Made by a program: the position numbers and the translations under genes. This document shows, one piece after another, positions 29,893 through 38,579 of a stretch of DNA of 64,000 bases. Numbering within the stretch: the first letter of the stretch is position 1; each line of letters opens with the position of its first letter. Source of the stretch: Candidatus Micrarchaeota archaeon (GTDB lineage: Archaea > Iainarchaeota > Iainarchaeia > Iainarchaeales > JAGVWC01); NCBI GenBank assembly GCA_043803815.1, contig JAZDJR010000004.1, positions 1-64,000 on the forward strand, written 5' to 3'. Below the pieces are notes generated by a model. The model did no database searches. It had not been told where the DNA came from and saw nothing but the letters and a program-made list of their open reading frames with translations.

Positions 29893-30112
29893 GCCGATTT
29901 TCAAAATGTCCAATTCCTTTTTCTCAAAACAGCAGTTCAAACCCGAAACCGCTCCAAACGCCAAAATCGCCCAGAAACCTTCAAAAACGCGGTTTAACGG
30001 ACATTTTGGCTTATTTATAATCCAAAGCCGTCAACGCAAGGTTTAAATAATCTAAGAACCGGAGATAGTTATAACCATCTTTATTTTCAGTTAATTAGTT
30101 AATGGTGAATTT

Positions 30113-30733
30113 GTGAAGAAAACAATCCTTTTAGTTTTGATGGTATTGCTTGCCGGCTCGGCCTTGGCCATTTTTGCGGAAGTTCCCCGAGAAGTCGTTT
30201 TGCAAGGCCAAAACACCGCGTTTCCGATTACCATTACCAACACTTTAAACACAAGCCAAGCCTTATCTTTGCGGTTTTTTTCGCCTAACAACGTCTCAAT
30301 TAACGCTCCCGCAACAATAGAACCAAACCAGTCGATTACCTTACTTGCAACCGCGGATAACCCATTCTTTTTGCAAAACACGGTTTACAAATCCCGCCTG
30401 ACGATTAAAATCGGAAACGAGCAATCCATCCACCAAATTCGCTTCGTTTTCCCCAAAACCCGGCAAGAAGACCAAAACAACCCGAATCCGCCTGCCAACG
30501 ACCAAAACAGCATCGGATTCACGGGATTCTTATTGGCCAACGGCTCCGCCGCATGGAACAAACTATCCGCTTGGGGAACAACCGGCCTTTCCTGGACAAT
30601 TAATACCAAAGTCATTACCACGCCCGTGACCATCAGCATTTTGCAGTTATTCCTAATCGGGTTAGTCGCAATTTTAGCGGTCGCGTTTTTTGTCAGGGTT
30701 TACCACTACGCGAAAAGCGGTGAAAAAAAATGA
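30113..30733 (+). CDS. Exported protein with signal peptide and C-terminal TM anchor
   Basis: MKK plus hydrophobic stretch; beta-rich domain; C-terminal TM. Confidence 0.75.
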   Translation: MKKTILLVLMVLLAGSALAIFAEVPREVVLQGQNTAFPITITNTLNTSQALSLRFFSPNNVSINAPATIEPNQSITLLATADNPFFLQNTVYKSRLTIKIGNEQSIHQIRFVFPKTRQEDQNNPNPPANDQNSIGFTGFLLANGSAAWNKLSAWGTTGLSWTINTKVITTPVTISILQLFLIGLVAILAVAFFVRVYHYAKSGEKK

Positions 30734-32754
30734 CGAATAAAAATTCGGTTTTGCTTATTATCGGGCTGCTTTTGCTTTTAGCCCCCGGCATTTTGGCTTC
30801 CAACGGGATTTTTTTGACCAAAAACATTTCCAATTTTTACCTGGAAACCGACACCGCCTTGCCCGCTGTCTTTGACGTTTACAATTCAACCAACCAAAAA
30901 GTCTGCTTTGTTCCAACCGCAACAATCAGCCCAAGCGATTTGGATTTAACCGTTGCACCAAACGATTTTTGCTTAAACGCGAACGAAACCACGCCCGTAA
31001 CCGTTACCGCAAATGCGACTTCGAACAGCGACTCGGGAAATTACACGCTTACTTTGCATTTGGATTACAATAACACAACCGACCAAAATTCCGTTTCATT
31101 CCACGTCAACCAGACTCCCGACATCAGCCTGAACCTGCCCGATGTGAGCCTGTGCAAAAACGAAAACCGAAACGAAACCGTTTCAGTGCAAAACAATTCC
31201 GGCCAAACCCAATTCGTTCGATTGGAAACCAGCACCAACGGAATGGACATAACATTTAACCAAACCGAATTCACACTTGATGCGGGCCAAAGTAAGGATA
31301 TTACCGCTCACTTTGAAGTTTCCACGAGCCGGCAAAGCGGACATTACAAATACCTGGTTTTTTCCCGCACCGATTCGTCCACCAGCGTACAAAAAGGCGA
31401 ATTCCAAGTCCGCACCTGCACAAATCAAGAAGACACGACCAACTTTTCGATTACCACGTCCAACGTCTGCCAATTAATCAGCCAGGGCCAGACCAAAGTC
31501 ATTTCGTTTAACATCCAAAACAAAAACGATTCCACCGACCTGTTCTCTTTTACCGCACAAAGCGCGTTACCCATCAACATTCTCACAAGCTCTCCCGTCG
31601 AATTAAGCGACGAGGAAAGCCAAGGCATCTCGATTCGCGTCTCGCCCGATTATTCGGTTCCCAACGGACGATACACCGTCAATTTGACGGTTTCCAACGG
31701 ATTTTTAACCAAAAATAAAGAAGCCTGCATCGATGTGGGACCCGAAAGCCAGGTGTCCATTGCACCGAACGATTTGAGCGTTATCCGCGGCAACAGCATC
31801 GGAACCGTTTTGACCGTACAGAACAATTCTTCTTTGACCAAATCAGTCCAAATCAGCACATCGAACGCCACCACGGACGTTTCGGTTTCATTTTCCCAAA
31901 CCGGATTTTCAATCGGGGGCAACCGCAGCCAAAACACGATTGTAACAATCCAAACCAATTCCAACACCGCACTCGGCCCCCAAGCGGCTTCGCTTCGCAT
32001 CCGCTCGGGAGAACAAACGTATTTTGCCACCGTGAACTTCACGGTTTTCGCGGAAAATACTCCGCCCCAGCCGCCTTACAACGGCCCGGTTGAAGCCAAA
32101 ATCGAAATCATCAGCTTTCCAATCGTAATTGAAATCGCAAACGGCGAAACCAAGGAACTCAATTTTATCGTGCAAAACAAAAGCAATGACCGCTTGGATA
32201 ATCTGGAAATCGCTTTTACGGGACTCCCCGCCAGCGTGCGCTTTTCACCGCCTTCGCGCTTTTCATTGGACGCCAATCAAATTTTGAGCATGCGCGGACA
32301 AATCACAGCCGCAAACAACGCGGTCAGCACTTCCGTGAACGTGCGTTTGCTTGCCCAAAACGCGGATTACAAAAATACGCAGGTCGTCCGCGTGCAAGTC
32401 AACGGCATCAATTCCCAAACTTCCAATCAATCCCAAAACCCGTTTGGTTTTATCATCACGGGTCTCTTTGGAATCGGAGCCGGAAACCAGGGATGGATTG
32501 CGTTAATCCTTTTGGCCTTGATTGTTTTCATGATTATTTCCGAAAACAAGGACCACTCGACCTGGGTTGGAATCGTTTTACTCATCGCGATTTTACTGGC
32601 CATTTTAAGCTGGAATTCAATCTATGCCTTTTGGGCCTTGGTCGTGCTGCTTGTAGTGGTCTTTTTGCTTGCGGTTTCCTGGAGCAAACGCCACGAAGTC
32701 TGGCACCTCCAGAAAAAAAAATGGCACGAAACCGTACGCCCGCAAACCAAATAA
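30730..32754 (+). CDS. Large surface glycoprotein with repeated Ig-like (NEW3/CARDB-like) domains
   Basis: Signal peptide, N/S/T-rich beta repeats, many NxS/T sequons, about 3 C-terminal TM helices. Confidence 0.75.
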   Translation: MTNKNSVLLIIGLLLLLAPGILASNGIFLTKNISNFYLETDTALPAVFDVYNSTNQKVCFVPTATISPSDLDLTVAPNDFCLNANETTPVTVTANATSNSDSGNYTLTLHLDYNNTTDQNSVSFHVNQTPDISLNLPDVSLCKNENRNETVSVQNNSGQTQFVRLETSTNGMDITFNQTEFTLDAGQSKDITAHFEVSTSRQSGHYKYLVFSRTDSSTSVQKGEFQVRTCTNQEDTTNFSITTSNVCQLISQGQTKVISFNIQNKNDSTDLFSFTAQSALPINILTSSPVELSDEESQGISIRVSPDYSVPNGRYTVNLTVSNGFLTKNKEACIDVGPESQVSIAPNDLSVIRGNSIGTVLTVQNNSSLTKSVQISTSNATTDVSVSFSQTGFSIGGNRSQNTIVTIQTNSNTALGPQAASLRIRSGEQTYFATVNFTVFAENTPPQPPYNGPVEAKIEIISFPIVIEIANGETKELNFIVQNKSNDRLDNLEIAFTGLPASVRFSPPSRFSLDANQILSMRGQITAANNAVSTSVNVRLLAQNADYKNTQVVRVQVNGINSQTSNQSQNPFGFIITGLFGIGAGNQGWIALILLALIVFMIISENKDHSTWVGIVLLIAILLAILSWNSIYAFWALVVLLVVVFLLAVSWSKRHEVWHLQKKKWHETVRPQTK

Positions 32755-32767
32755 AGGAAAACTAATT

Positions 32768-32848
32768 ATGAAACTCTACAAGCGAATGCTATTCGTCGGA
32801 ATCACGTTAGTTGCGATTTCACTGGCCCTGCACGCGCTGGCAATTTAA
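32768..32848 (+). CDS. Possible 26-aa membrane micropeptide
   Basis: MKLYKRMLFVGITLVAISLALHALAI* with AAGGA upstream. Confidence 0.4.
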   Translation: MKLYKRMLFVGITLVAISLALHALAI

Positions 32849-32909
32849 AAAAAAAGAATTTCACGTTTAACCCAAATCGAATTTTTTCAACCTATTTTTC
32901 AATCCTGCT

Positions 32910-33980
32910 TTACTGGCCGGAAAAAATTCGCATGAACATATCGTCGACCATTCCGAGGCATTCCTGAATCGTCGAACAGGTTACCCCGCCAAAATGCAGG
33001 ATTAATTCGGCCTTGTTTTTCGAAGGGGACGACAGGTTGCCCGCGGCATCCTGCGAAAACTGGCAGGCAATCACGTGAACAGTCTTGTCATTTTTCAATT
33101 CCGAAACCGAAATATTGTCGATTTTTTCAATGTGCCATACGTTTTTCATTCCCAGCCGGTCAACCCAATCCTGGTTTCCAATCACATACAGTTTCATATC
33201 TTCCGCGTTCACCTGCAAATAATCTTCGGGAGGCAACGTGCCCGTTGCTGAAACCAAGTCACTCACATTAATGCCGCCCGTGGATTCCACAGGAACCGGT
33301 GCCGGACCCGTAGGAGCCTGCACCGCGCTTTTTATTTCATAATATGCCGCTTTCACGCCTTCCACTACACTCACTACAACACCCTTGACGCCGTACACGA
33401 CAATCACTCCGGCACCAACCAATAAACGCCCGAATTCGGCACCCGTTACTTGGGATCCGCCCGCAAGCCAGGCCCCGGACTGAATTCTCTTAACTCCTTC
33501 CGGAACCTGTGAAGAATCACCCACAACCAAGAATTTCAACCAGTACCAACCGCGCAACGACACTTTCTTGGTCTTGTCCCACCACGATTCATCCAGTTTT
33601 AATTTGTTTGTATTCACCAGATTTGCAATCTTGTCGCAGGACAAACTCGCGCCGACACCCAGCACCAAGGGTTTTTGCTGGTTGACATCCCCGATTACCA
33701 ATTCAAAAGCCTGCGGATTTTTCTTAAGCAAATCAACAGTCAAAGGAGCGCCGCTCAAACCCTGAATCGAAAGCGACAACGGTTTTTCAACAGTTGAAAC
33801 AACCGGCCCTGAACCAACGGGCGTTAATTGGCCGACTGGAATTATAATGCTCGAACCCGAAGCGGGTGTTCCCGTCGCAGGGGTTCCCGGAAGAGATACT
33901 TGCACGATTTCCAAGGCGGAAACAAAACAGCCAAAAAAAATTAAGAAAACTAAAAAAAACGCGTATCGCGAAGCTTTCAT
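32910..33980 (-). CDS. Secreted hypothetical protein
   Basis: Signal peptide; 356 aa. Confidence 0.7.
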   Translation of the reverse strand: MKASRYAFFLVFLIFFGCFVSALEIVQVSLPGTPATGTPASGSSIIIPVGQLTPVGSGPVVSTVEKPLSLSIQGLSGAPLTVDLLKKNPQAFELVIGDVNQQKPLVLGVGASLSCDKIANLVNTNKLKLDESWWDKTKKVSLRGWYWLKFLVVGDSSQVPEGVKRIQSGAWLAGGSQVTGAEFGRLLVGAGVIVVYGVKGVVVSVVEGVKAAYYEIKSAVQAPTGPAPVPVESTGGINVSDLVSATGTLPPEDYLQVNAEDMKLYVIGNQDWVDRLGMKNVWHIEKIDNISVSELKNDKTVHVIACQFSQDAAGNLSSPSKNKAELILHFGGVTCSTIQECLGMVDDMFMRIFSGQ

Positions 33981-35497
33981 TAAGAGCCCTCCGAATATGC
34001 GGGATCGGTCTTTGGCATGGTAACCGAACCTAACGAAAGCGGGTTAAAGCCCGTGATTTTAAGCGACAAATTGTACGAAGTTCCTTCCATAACGTTCCAC
34101 AAAATCACGATGTTGGAAGAATCCTTTTTGGCGGTTACTTTGAAAACCGCGGGTTCAAACGACAAGTTTTTCACAAAGTCGCTGAATGCATAATCCGCTT
34201 TTCCCGAAGCTTTGACTTTGGCATACAGCGCGTTCAAACTGGCCTGGTCAAACTGCAAGCCCACGGCACCGGGAACGCGCGCGGCAACCGCCAAATCCTT
34301 TTTCAAGGACTGGACTTTTCCCGTCAAAGCGGTTTTTTGGGCACCCGTTGCGTTCAACCAAAAACTTTCCGTTCCATCGGCATTGATGTCCGTTACCCTT
34401 TTTTGCAAACCCGCCTTGCCGGGTGCCTCTTCGGGCAACGCGTTGGCCTGGTTTTTCAAATCCGAAACCGTGGAATCAAATTTTTCGCGGGCTTCGAGAA
34501 GCGGCGATTTTGGAACAATTCCCTTCACCGCATTGATGTATTCCTGCGAAAAATTCACGGCCAATGAATCCACATAAAAAAAATCCCCATACACAAAATG
34601 CTTGTTAAAGCGAATCTTGAGTTGGATTTGGTTTCCGCTTTCCATAAAACGATACGTAATCGATTCGTTTTCCGGAATACTTATGGTTTGCTTGCTTGTC
34701 AAGTCAGACAAGGCAAGGTGAATGTGGTCGCCTTCCCCGCTAGCATACGTGTTCACGTAGTCTTCAACAAAAAGGTCCACAAGATGCTTTGTTTGGTTAT
34801 TCACACTCGCATCCAAAGTAATCGCGCTTTTCACAGTAAAACCGTCCTGTTTTGAAACCGTGAGTCCTTGCCACCCGGATTCAAGCTTGACCGGAACCGA
34901 AAAAGGGGTTTGTTGTTCTGTAAGAATCGTCTCGCTGATTGTCTGGAGACGACGATACTGCTCGTTTTCCAAATATGCGTTCAAAATATCCAGGTATTTT
35001 TTGGTAATTTGAACCTTGATTTTGAAAATATCCGTGCAATTCTCCGCCCACCAGCAGGCGTTATGAATAATATTAAGCTTTATTCCTTTGTCATCTAGCG
35101 CATTGACATTCAGCAAATAATATTCCGAAACGTTTTCCGGAAACACAACCTCCGCGATTTCAGCCCACTGCATTCCAAGCGTCCGCACCTTAAACTTCAT
35201 CTGTTTAAGACCCGGATTATACGTATCACACCAAATCTGGAGAATCGGCTTTTCACCGCTTTGCCGCACCGCCCCTGAAGTGCCAGCCATTGGTTCCAGT
35301 TTCCATTCAAAATAATTCCCGTACGATTTGCGGCACGTGGCGTCCAATGTTCCGCCGTCAAAAGCGGTTTGGACATCCAGCGTCCTCTTCAGCGTGGCAC
35401 CTGGATTGAGCAAGCCCGGCGTCCAAACCGACCAGTCCGCGAGGACCGACTGGAAAAAAAGAACGAGGATTACGGCGAAAAGGATGCGCTTTGGCAT
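33980..35497 (-). CDS. Secreted hypothetical protein
   Basis: Signal peptide; 505 aa; coupled to neighbours. Confidence 0.7.
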   Translation of the reverse strand: MPKRILFAVILVLFFQSVLADWSVWTPGLLNPGATLKRTLDVQTAFDGGTLDATCRKSYGNYFEWKLEPMAGTSGAVRQSGEKPILQIWCDTYNPGLKQMKFKVRTLGMQWAEIAEVVFPENVSEYYLLNVNALDDKGIKLNIIHNACWWAENCTDIFKIKVQITKKYLDILNAYLENEQYRRLQTISETILTEQQTPFSVPVKLESGWQGLTVSKQDGFTVKSAITLDASVNNQTKHLVDLFVEDYVNTYASGEGDHIHLALSDLTSKQTISIPENESITYRFMESGNQIQLKIRFNKHFVYGDFFYVDSLAVNFSQEYINAVKGIVPKSPLLEAREKFDSTVSDLKNQANALPEEAPGKAGLQKRVTDINADGTESFWLNATGAQKTALTGKVQSLKKDLAVAARVPGAVGLQFDQASLNALYAKVKASGKADYAFSDFVKNLSFEPAVFKVTAKKDSSNIVILWNVMEGTSYNLSLKITGFNPLSLGSVTMPKTDPAYSEGS

Positions 35498-36057
35498 GTC
35501 GTCCTCAACTCCTCAACCGATGATTTTTGTCCGCCCAAAATGCTCTCGTAAAGCGATTGCTTGCTGGAAAACGATTGCAAGCCGAACTTTCCGCCGGCTT
35601 TTTTTGCCCAGCCGTCAAACGAATTCAGTTCCGACAAAATCTGGATTCCCAAATCGCTTCGCTGGTTAAACCAGCTTAATTTTGCGCAATACTCGGAAAA
35701 GCTAAGTTCTGAAATCGACGAAGAAACGCTGAAATACTGTTTTTCCAAAAGCGACAAGTGCACAAAGGACAACAACGCGTTTTTGGCCGCGATTTGTTCT
35801 TCTGATGCCGCGGGAACCGCTTCCAACTCCGAACCCAGTTCTTCCAAGGACGCCTTGGAAAGACTCGAAAGGCCTTTTTGGTCAAAATTCATGGAATCCA
35901 ATTCCACGCCTTTTGCGGAAAAGATGCCCAAAACAGTTTTGTCAAAATTTTGACCGGTAAAAAAAGCGTTTCCGAACCAAAAAACCGCCGCCAACAAAGC
36001 CAAAACAATTAGAATTAAAACGCCGCGATTCATGCAAAACCGATTAAAATATGCCAA
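35470..36057 (-). CDS. Membrane-anchored hypothetical protein
   Basis: N-terminal TM helix; overlaps the next gene. Confidence 0.65.
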   Translation of the reverse strand: MAYFNRFCMNRGVLILIVLALLAAVFWFGNAFFTGQNFDKTVLGIFSAKGVELDSMNFDQKGLSSLSKASLEELGSELEAVPAASEEQIAAKNALLSFVHLSLLEKQYFSVSSSISELSFSEYCAKLSWFNQRSDLGIQILSELNSFDGWAKKAGGKFGLQSFSSKQSLYESILGGQKSSVEELRTTCQSASFSP

Positions 36058-36183
36058 GGCCAGTTTTTATAGTTTTCTGAAAATGCTCTGTTATTAACTA
36101 ATAAAACGGGCCAAACAACCGCTTCGCCGGCTTTTTATTCGTTTTGCTGGTTAAAACAATTTAACAAAAAAGAAGGAATAAAA

Positions 36184-36960
36184 ATGCCGATTTTTGGAAA
36201 AATGCGGGCGAAACGCGCCATTCGAAAACTCAAAGAAAAAGACGACCGTTTGACGAATTATAAAAACCGCGTTACGCAGGACCTTTTTGTCGGCGGCAAG
36301 CGTTCCTTTGCGAAAGCCGCCAAGCGAACCGCTGCTGCAAATTTTAAAAAAACGATTGTTGAAGCAAAAAAAGCGCGAATCGAAGCCAACCTGATTATTG
36401 CCGAATCCAGCTTTTCGGGATTAAAACAAATCCGGCGATGGTTTTGGAACCGGCGGCTCAAAAAAGCCAATGCAAAATTGCAGCGAGCCCAAACCGTGTT
36501 ACAATCACGCCAACAAAATCAGGCAACCGTAAAACAAGCCCACGAAAGGGAATACCAGGCTATCGTGGCAAAAAAGCAGGCCAAAACGGCAAAACCAAAA
36601 GCAGTTGTAGATATGTATTTGAGCCGCGTTGCCCAGCAATTAAAAAAATTCGAACCGGTTTTGAAAGCTAACTTGGATTGGATTGAAAGAGTAAACCCCC
36701 CGGATTCTACCGCAACTCCTACGACGCCTCCGACACCGGCACCCAAAGTATTAGACAATACCCAAATCAACGACCTTCGAGCCAAAATCCAAGCCGAAAT
36801 AAACGCCGCCGACAAAAAAACCGCGGCCTATTGCTTACTGGAAGCCGACGTGCAATTAAGAATCATCAAGCAAAGCATTCTCGGAAAAAACGCAAATCCT
36901 GCAAGAGCCAAAGCCGCACTGTCTGCAGCCATCGCGGTTTTTTCGCAAAATGCGCCGTAA
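36184..36960 (+). CDS. Hypothetical basic, helical protein
   Basis: 258-aa K/R/A-rich ORF; AAGGA RBS. Confidence 0.65.
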   Translation: MPIFGKMRAKRAIRKLKEKDDRLTNYKNRVTQDLFVGGKRSFAKAAKRTAAANFKKTIVEAKKARIEANLIIAESSFSGLKQIRRWFWNRRLKKANAKLQRAQTVLQSRQQNQATVKQAHEREYQAIVAKKQAKTAKPKAVVDMYLSRVAQQLKKFEPVLKANLDWIERVNPPDSTATPTTPPTPAPKVLDNTQINDLRAKIQAEINAADKKTAAYCLLEADVQLRIIKQSILGKNANPARAKAALSAAIAVFSQNAP

Positions 36961-37122
36961 TCAACGAATTTGACTTTAATTAATATCGGATGCGGAAAAA
37001 ACCGGATTAAATCCGAAAACCCGCAAACAATCCAAAGCCGCGGCATAAAGCGGCTTATCGTTTGGCCAAGGCGAATTTCCGCCATTAAAAAGGAATATTG
37101 ATAGCGGTTGGGTTTGCGGATT

Positions 37123-37785
37123 TTATTGCAGGGGTTGAATTGTTTGGTCGAATCGGGATTTGAATTTGGTTTTGGCCAGGATTTCACCGAGTTTTTTTTG
37201 GTTTAACCGGCCCTTTTTGATGAGATTTGAAATGTCGCGTTTGTCTTTTTCGATTTTGAATTCGAGTCTTTTTCGGCTGAGTTTTTTGTAAAACGAGTGA
37301 AGTTTTGCCTGCCGATATTGGCGGTCGGCCAATGCTTTTACCTTGTAAACCAGCAATAATTCGGGATTTGGAATTTCAACGGCAAGGCCTTCGATGGCTG
37401 ATTGAATCGTGTTGTTCTCCAATAATTTCCACGGAACCTCGATTTTTTGGTTTTCGGCAAGAGTGTGTTTGTCCGAATAAAACGTTACGTCAAAAATAAT
37501 GTGCTGAAGCTTGTATTCGCCCAATCCTTCTTTGCTGATTTGTTTTACAAAACTGACGCCGCCGTTAACTTCTTTCGTAAATCCCTCTTTTTCAAAAAAC
37601 GGCTCGAGTTTTTCAAGTTCTTTTTTGTTTTTAAGCGCAAAATCCACGTCCACGGAATATTCGGACTGCGCGTATGCATAGACCGCCCAGCCGCCGACAA
37701 TAATCGGAAATACTTTGCGCGATTGGCAGTATTTCAAAAAGCGTTCGAGAAAATCCTTTGAATAATTTGTAATCGGTTCGCTCAT
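37123..37785 (-). CDS. AbiEii-like nucleotidyltransferase (type IV TA toxin-like)
   Basis: IVGGWAV, S.DVDF, K.KA and KD..D motifs. Confidence 0.75.
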   Translation of the reverse strand: MSEPITNYSKDFLERFLKYCQSRKVFPIIVGGWAVYAYAQSEYSVDVDFALKNKKELEKLEPFFEKEGFTKEVNGGVSFVKQISKEGLGEYKLQHIIFDVTFYSDKHTLAENQKIEVPWKLLENNTIQSAIEGLAVEIPNPELLLVYKVKALADRQYRQAKLHSFYKKLSRKRLEFKIEKDKRDISNLIKKGRLNQKKLGEILAKTKFKSRFDQTIQPLQ

Positions 37786-38384
37786 TAGACGCCCCAGGTT
37801 TGTTCAATCAGCTTGTCCGCCATTGCGCCTTTTTTGTCGCACGCCAAATCGATAATCGTCCGGATTTTACTCGCAAATAGTTTTCCGTTGATTTCCGTTT
37901 TTTTGGAAAGAACGGGCGTTTCTTCGAAAACTTTTAAAACGGTTTTATTCCCGATTCCAACGCCAAGGCTTTTTTGGAGTTTTGCAGCCTCTTTTTTCGG
38001 CAAATAAACCGAAACCGTGCTGGAAACGTAATAATTGGAATATTGGGCCAGTGCGGACTCCAGGCAAAAAACCGCGTTTTGGGGCAGTTTTTTTTCCAAG
38101 TCCACTTTTTCATACGATGAATGAAATTCAAACAGCAAGAGGTCTTTCATGCTGCGAAAAAAAGAAACCGCATCAGTCAAGCCGACGGGGTCCGCTAAAA
38201 CATAGTTTTTGTCGGTTTTTTTTATGAAGTTTTTTTCCAATAGATAGCCAAAGCAGTTGTTAACCGTCCCCATGGCCAGCTTCAATTCCTTTTTGACCGA
38301 ATACTGGGTAAACTCCCTTTTCTCAAGAATATATTCCACGACTTTGAACGTCTGTTTGGACGCTAAATTAACCACAACAACCAC
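37785..38384 (-). CDS. Winged-helix AbiEi-like antitoxin/regulator
   Basis: N-terminal wHTH, C-terminal ...IRTIIDL; coupled to the nucleotidyltransferase. Confidence 0.65.
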   Translation of the reverse strand: MVVVVNLASKQTFKVVEYILEKREFTQYSVKKELKLAMGTVNNCFGYLLEKNFIKKTDKNYVLADPVGLTDAVSFFRSMKDLLLFEFHSSYEKVDLEKKLPQNAVFCLESALAQYSNYYVSSTVSVYLPKKEAAKLQKSLGVGIGNKTVLKVFEETPVLSKKTEINGKLFASKIRTIIDLACDKKGAMADKLIEQTWGV

Positions 38385-38400
38385 CTATCAATAAATATTG

Positions 38401-38424
38401 ACATATCAATTTAAATTGATATGT
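38401..38424. promoter_or_regulatory. Perfect 24-bp palindrome over the TATA box, candidate autoregulatory operator
   Basis: acatatcaattt|aaattgatatgt. Confidence 0.65.
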
Positions 38425-38435
38425 GGCCATAACAA

Positions 38436-38495
38436 CATTTTGTTTTAGGGCGAATACAAAATGCACGCATTTTGTTTTATTCTCAGTACAAAATG
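38436..38495. repeat. Two tandem 28-bp inverted-repeat units CATTTTGTTTT-N6-ARTACAAAATG
   Basis: Units at 38436-38463 and 38468-38495. Confidence 0.7.
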
Positions 38496-38579
38496 ATGGC
38501 TTTTGGTGATTTTTAAGTAAAAACTTTGCTGTCCGAGCCAGCCGCGGCGTAAAAAAATTAAGAAATTTACCGGCTGCAA

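Noticed and set aside
37009-37124. Imperfect inverted repeat (aaatccg.aaaccc) bracketing about 100 bp, MITE-like
   Set aside because: Short, single copy, no target duplication seen; may be a terminator region between convergent genes.
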